The notes under the pieces: generated by a model
Database searches by the model: none
Seen by the model: only the letters and a program-made list of their open reading frames with translations
What the model was told of the DNA's origin: nothing
Position numbers and translations under genes: made by a program
Shown: piece by piece, positions 61,433-64,000 of the stretch
Layout: each line of letters begins with the position of its first letter
Position numbering within the stretch: the first letter of the stretch is position 1
NCBI GenBank assembly: GCA_036496305.1
Contig: DASXLJ010000003.1
Coordinates: 23,777-87,776 of the forward strand
DNA length: 64,000 bases
Source: Gaiellaceae bacterium
Lineage (GTDB): Bacteria; Actinomycetota; Thermoleophilia; Gaiellales; Gaiellaceae
Direction: 5' to 3'

Positions 61433-63760
61433 TTAGCGGAGAGCGCGGAGCGCCGGCTCGAGGCGCTGGCGCGTCGTCAGCACGCCCGCGAAGAGATCGC
61501 CGTGGCGGCGGATCCGGTCGAGCACGACGTCCATCGTGAAGCTCGTCGGGTCGAGCTTCGGCGTCACCTCGTCCCACCGCAGCGGCGTCGACACGGGCGC
61601 GCCCGGCCGCGGCCGCACCGAGTAGACGGAGGCGATCGTCTTCCCGCCGCCGTTCTGGTTCGAGTCGATGAGGACGCCGCGGCGCTTCGCCTTCGACCAC
61701 TCCGTCGTCGCGAGACCGCGGTGCGTTGCGGCGATCGCGCCGGCGACGATCTCGCAGAACTCACGCGTCTGCGCGTATGTCGAGCGGCGCTCGATCGGCA
61801 CGAGCACGTGCATCCCGTCGGCGCTCGAGGTCTTCGGGAAGGAGACGAGGCCGAGCGCGTCGAGCGCCTGCTTGACGATGCACGCGACCTCGACCACCTC
61901 CTTGATCCCGACGTCCGGCGACGGGTCGAGATCGAAGAGGACGAAGTCGGGACGCTCGGGCTTGTCGACGCGCGAGTACCACGCGTTCATGTCGATGCAG
62001 CCCATGTTCACCATCCACAGAAGGGCGCGCGCGTCGTTGACCACCGGCGCGTCGATCCAGCGCTTCTGCGGCGGCCGCTCGCGAGTCGAGACCTCGACGT
62101 GGAAGCGCGAGATCCACTCCGGCATGCCCTTCGGCGCGTCCTTCTGGAAGAACGCCTTGCCGTACGCACCGTCGGGATAGCGCCGCATCGTGAACGGACG
62201 GCTCTTCAGGTGCTGGACAAGGACAGGCGCGACCGCGCTGTAGTAAGCGAACAGGTCGCCCTTCGTGATCGGGCCGCTCGGATCGTTCTCGGGCCAGAAG
62301 AGCTTGCCGGAGTTCGAGAGCTTGACGCCGTGGTCATCCATCTCCTGCGGATCTTCCCGCTTTACGGCACGCGCAGGCTTATCATCGCGGAGGCCTTGAA
62401 ACGACGGCGCGCGCAGGTGGCCGTCGTGCGTCCACTCGAGGAACTCGACCTCGCACACGAGCTTCGGCTCGACCCAAACGACGCCGCCTTTCGCGACCTT
62501 CGGCATCTTCGGCACCTCCGGAAACGGGCTCGTCTCCCGCTCGAGCGGCCGGAGTTTCGCGAGGAGCTCGTCGATCGTCTTCTCGGTGAAGCCGGTGCCG
62601 ACGTTCCCGACCCAGCGGTACTCCCTTCCCTCGCGGACGCCGAGCACGAGCGAACCGAACCTCCCGGCCCGCCGGCCCTGGCCCTTCGTCCAGCCGCAGA
62701 TCACGAACTCCTGCCGGCCGTGCGTCTTGATCTTGAGCCAGTCGCCGCCGCGAGCGCCTTCCCGGTAGCGCGACGCCGCCTTCTTGGCCATGACTCCCTC
62801 GAGCCCCTGCTCCTTCGCGGCCTCGTAGAGCGCCTCGCCGTCGTCGAAAACGCCCGAGACCTGGACGACGCCCGACGGGATGACGAGCTGCTCGAGCCGC
62901 TCGCGGCGTTCCGCCAGCGGCAGTCCCGTGAGCGCCTCGCCGTCGATCTCGAGGACGTCGAAAACCTCGTAGACGAGCGGCGTCCCCGGCTTCGCTTGCT
63001 GCATCGCGGAGAAACTCGGACGGCCGGCTTCGTCGAGCGCGCAGACCTCGCCGTCGAGTACGGCGTCCGGCGTGCGGAGCGCGTTCGGCAGCGCCTTCGC
63101 GACGACCGCGAACCGCTCGGTGAGATCGTTGCCGCGGCGCGACCGCAGCGTCGCCTCGCCGCCGCGGATGTAGGCAAGCGCGCGGTAGCCGTCCCACTTC
63201 GGCTCGAACAGCCAGCCGTCGCCGGTCGGAAGCTTGTCGACGAGCGTCGCGAGCATCGGCTCGTACAGCTCGCGTCGCGCCGGCGCGCTCGCGGTGCTCT
63301 CGTCGCGCTTGCGGAGGAGGAGCCAGTTCTTCTCGTCGCCGGAGAGGTGCGCGGGCACGAGCGTCCACGTGCCTTCGAGACGTTCGCCGTGGAGCCGAAC
63401 GGTCAGGCCGCCGTCGGGCTTCTCCTCGATGAGCTCGTACGTGCCGTGATCCCAGATCTCGACCGCGCCGGCGCCGTAGTTGCCCTTCGGAATCTCGCCT
63501 GCAAACGTCGCGTACGAGAGCGGATGATCCTCGACATGCACTGCGAGATGCTGCTGGCCGGGCTCGAGCGGAACCCCTTTCGGCACGGCCCAGGACGCGA
63601 GAACTCCGTCCCGTTCGAGGCGAAAGTCGTAGTGGAGGCGACGTGCGTCGTGCCGCTGCACGACGAAGATCGGAAGCGTTCCGCGGCGCTTCGAACCGAA
63701 CGGCTCGGGGCTCGTCTTCCGGTCGCGCTTCCGCTCGTACTCGGAGAGTTTCCTACTCAA
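61433..63760 (-). CDS. ligD: Multidomain ATP-dependent DNA ligase LigD (phosphoesterase-ligase-polymerase)
   Basis: N-terminal PE domain FVVQRHDARRLHYDFRLE...WAVPKG. Ligase KWDGYRA adenylation motif. C-terminal LigD primase-polymerase (DLDP...SGGKGMHV-like SSADGMHVLVP). TTG start. Confidence 0.92.
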   Translation of the reverse strand: MSRKLSEYERKRDRKTSPEPFGSKRRGTLPIFVVQRHDARRLHYDFRLERDGVLASWAVPKGVPLEPGQQHLAVHVEDHPLSYATFAGEIPKGNYGAGAVEIWDHGTYELIEEKPDGGLTVRLHGERLEGTWTLVPAHLSGDEKNWLLLRKRDESTASAPARRELYEPMLATLVDKLPTGDGWLFEPKWDGYRALAYIRGGEATLRSRRGNDLTERFAVVAKALPNALRTPDAVLDGEVCALDEAGRPSFSAMQQAKPGTPLVYEVFDVLEIDGEALTGLPLAERRERLEQLVIPSGVVQVSGVFDDGEALYEAAKEQGLEGVMAKKAASRYREGARGGDWLKIKTHGRQEFVICGWTKGQGRRAGRFGSLVLGVREGREYRWVGNVGTGFTEKTIDELLAKLRPLERETSPFPEVPKMPKVAKGGVVWVEPKLVCEVEFLEWTHDGHLRAPSFQGLRDDKPARAVKREDPQEMDDHGVKLSNSGKLFWPENDPSGPITKGDLFAYYSAVAPVLVQHLKSRPFTMRRYPDGAYGKAFFQKDAPKGMPEWISRFHVEVSTRERPPQKRWIDAPVVNDARALLWMVNMGCIDMNAWYSRVDKPERPDFVLFDLDPSPDVGIKEVVEVACIVKQALDALGLVSFPKTSSADGMHVLVPIERRSTYAQTREFCEIVAGAIAATHRGLATTEWSKAKRRGVLIDSNQNGGGKTIASVYSVRPRPGAPVSTPLRWDEVTPKLDPTSFTMDVVLDRIRRHGDLFAGVLTTRQRLEPALRALR

Positions 63761-63809
63761 AAGTCGTATTCCTATCGTTCACACGGGGCATACATATCCG
63801 GGGATAAGC

Positions 63810-63827
63810 CTGTGGACGCTGTGGACG
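63810..63827. repeat. Tandem 9-bp direct repeat upstream of ligD
   Basis: CTGTGGACG CTGTGGACG. GAACCTCGCTC is also repeated at 63836 and 63869. Confidence 0.5.
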
Positions 63828-63877
63828 ACGGCACGGAACCTCGCTCGCAAACCTGGGCGAAACTACTGAAACCTCGC

Positions 63878-64000
63878 TCAGACGTAGACGCCGAGTTGGC
63901 GGAAGCGCGCACGCCGACGGCGACGAAGATCCTTGCCCGAGAAGCCGGCGAGCTCGCCGAGCGCGTCGCGAAGCGCCTGTCCGAGCAGCTGCGCCGCCGC
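63878..64000 (-). CDS. 3' end of a gene running off the window; C-terminus resembles acetyl-CoA carboxylase carboxyltransferase (AccA-like)
   Basis: ...[40 protein letters not shown] resembles the AccA tail pattern (L..L..LS.EDL...RY..F...G). Product call is weak. Confidence 0.4.
   Translation of the reverse strand, partial: AAAQLLGQALRDALGELAGFSGKDLRRRRRARFRQLGVYV

Overview
The window looks like a GC-rich (about 70% by eye) chromosomal segment from an Actinomycetota-like genome. The Thermoleophilia/Rubrobacteria-type guess rests only on protein style. Gene density is high and many neighbouring genes overlap by 1-4 nt at stop/start. Most content is core housekeeping:
- groES and the groEL 5' end, with two CIRCE operators.
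- A 2-oxoacid dehydrogenase E1alpha/E1beta/E2 cluster with lipB and lipA nearby.
- fumC, fprA and an ErpA/IscA-type Fe-S carrier.
- A complete 14-gene nuoA-N operon (27.9-41.8 kb).
- Mrp/ApbC, two IMPase-family genes and a DUF1015 gene.
- An arsR-aquaglyceroporin-arsC operon.
- ychF, an ECF sigma factor, an FtsH-like protease and a three-domain LigD.

I recognised no rRNA, tRNA, transposase, integrase or CRISPR array.

The features not explained by ordinary annotation are:
1. An 18-codon ORF outside the supplied track (MSDTDCCDCCCCKSGKCC). It has a strong Shine-Dalgarno and its own terminator, and is divergent from the ArsR/SmtB repressor across a palindrome-rich AT-rich spacer. I read it as a candidate ultra-short metallothionein-like peptide.
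2. Two copies of a ~92-bp element bounded by GTAACA-N3-TGTTAC palindromes, both in convergent intergenic spacers.
3. Four copies of a 23-bp element built on the palindrome CGGTGTCCGACACCG.
4. A near-identical ~43-nt relic of the ftsH-like 3' end lying between two lipoprotein paralogues.
5. Paralogue expansions: three ~160-aa cupins and three cupin+TPR-like fusions.
6. A block of accessory genes inserted between E2, lipB and lipA: a stand-alone Toprim, a collagen-like repeat protein, a SHOCT protein, a K+ channel, cupins and a TetR-MFS pair.

All functional calls come from reading motifs in the translations. No database search was run.
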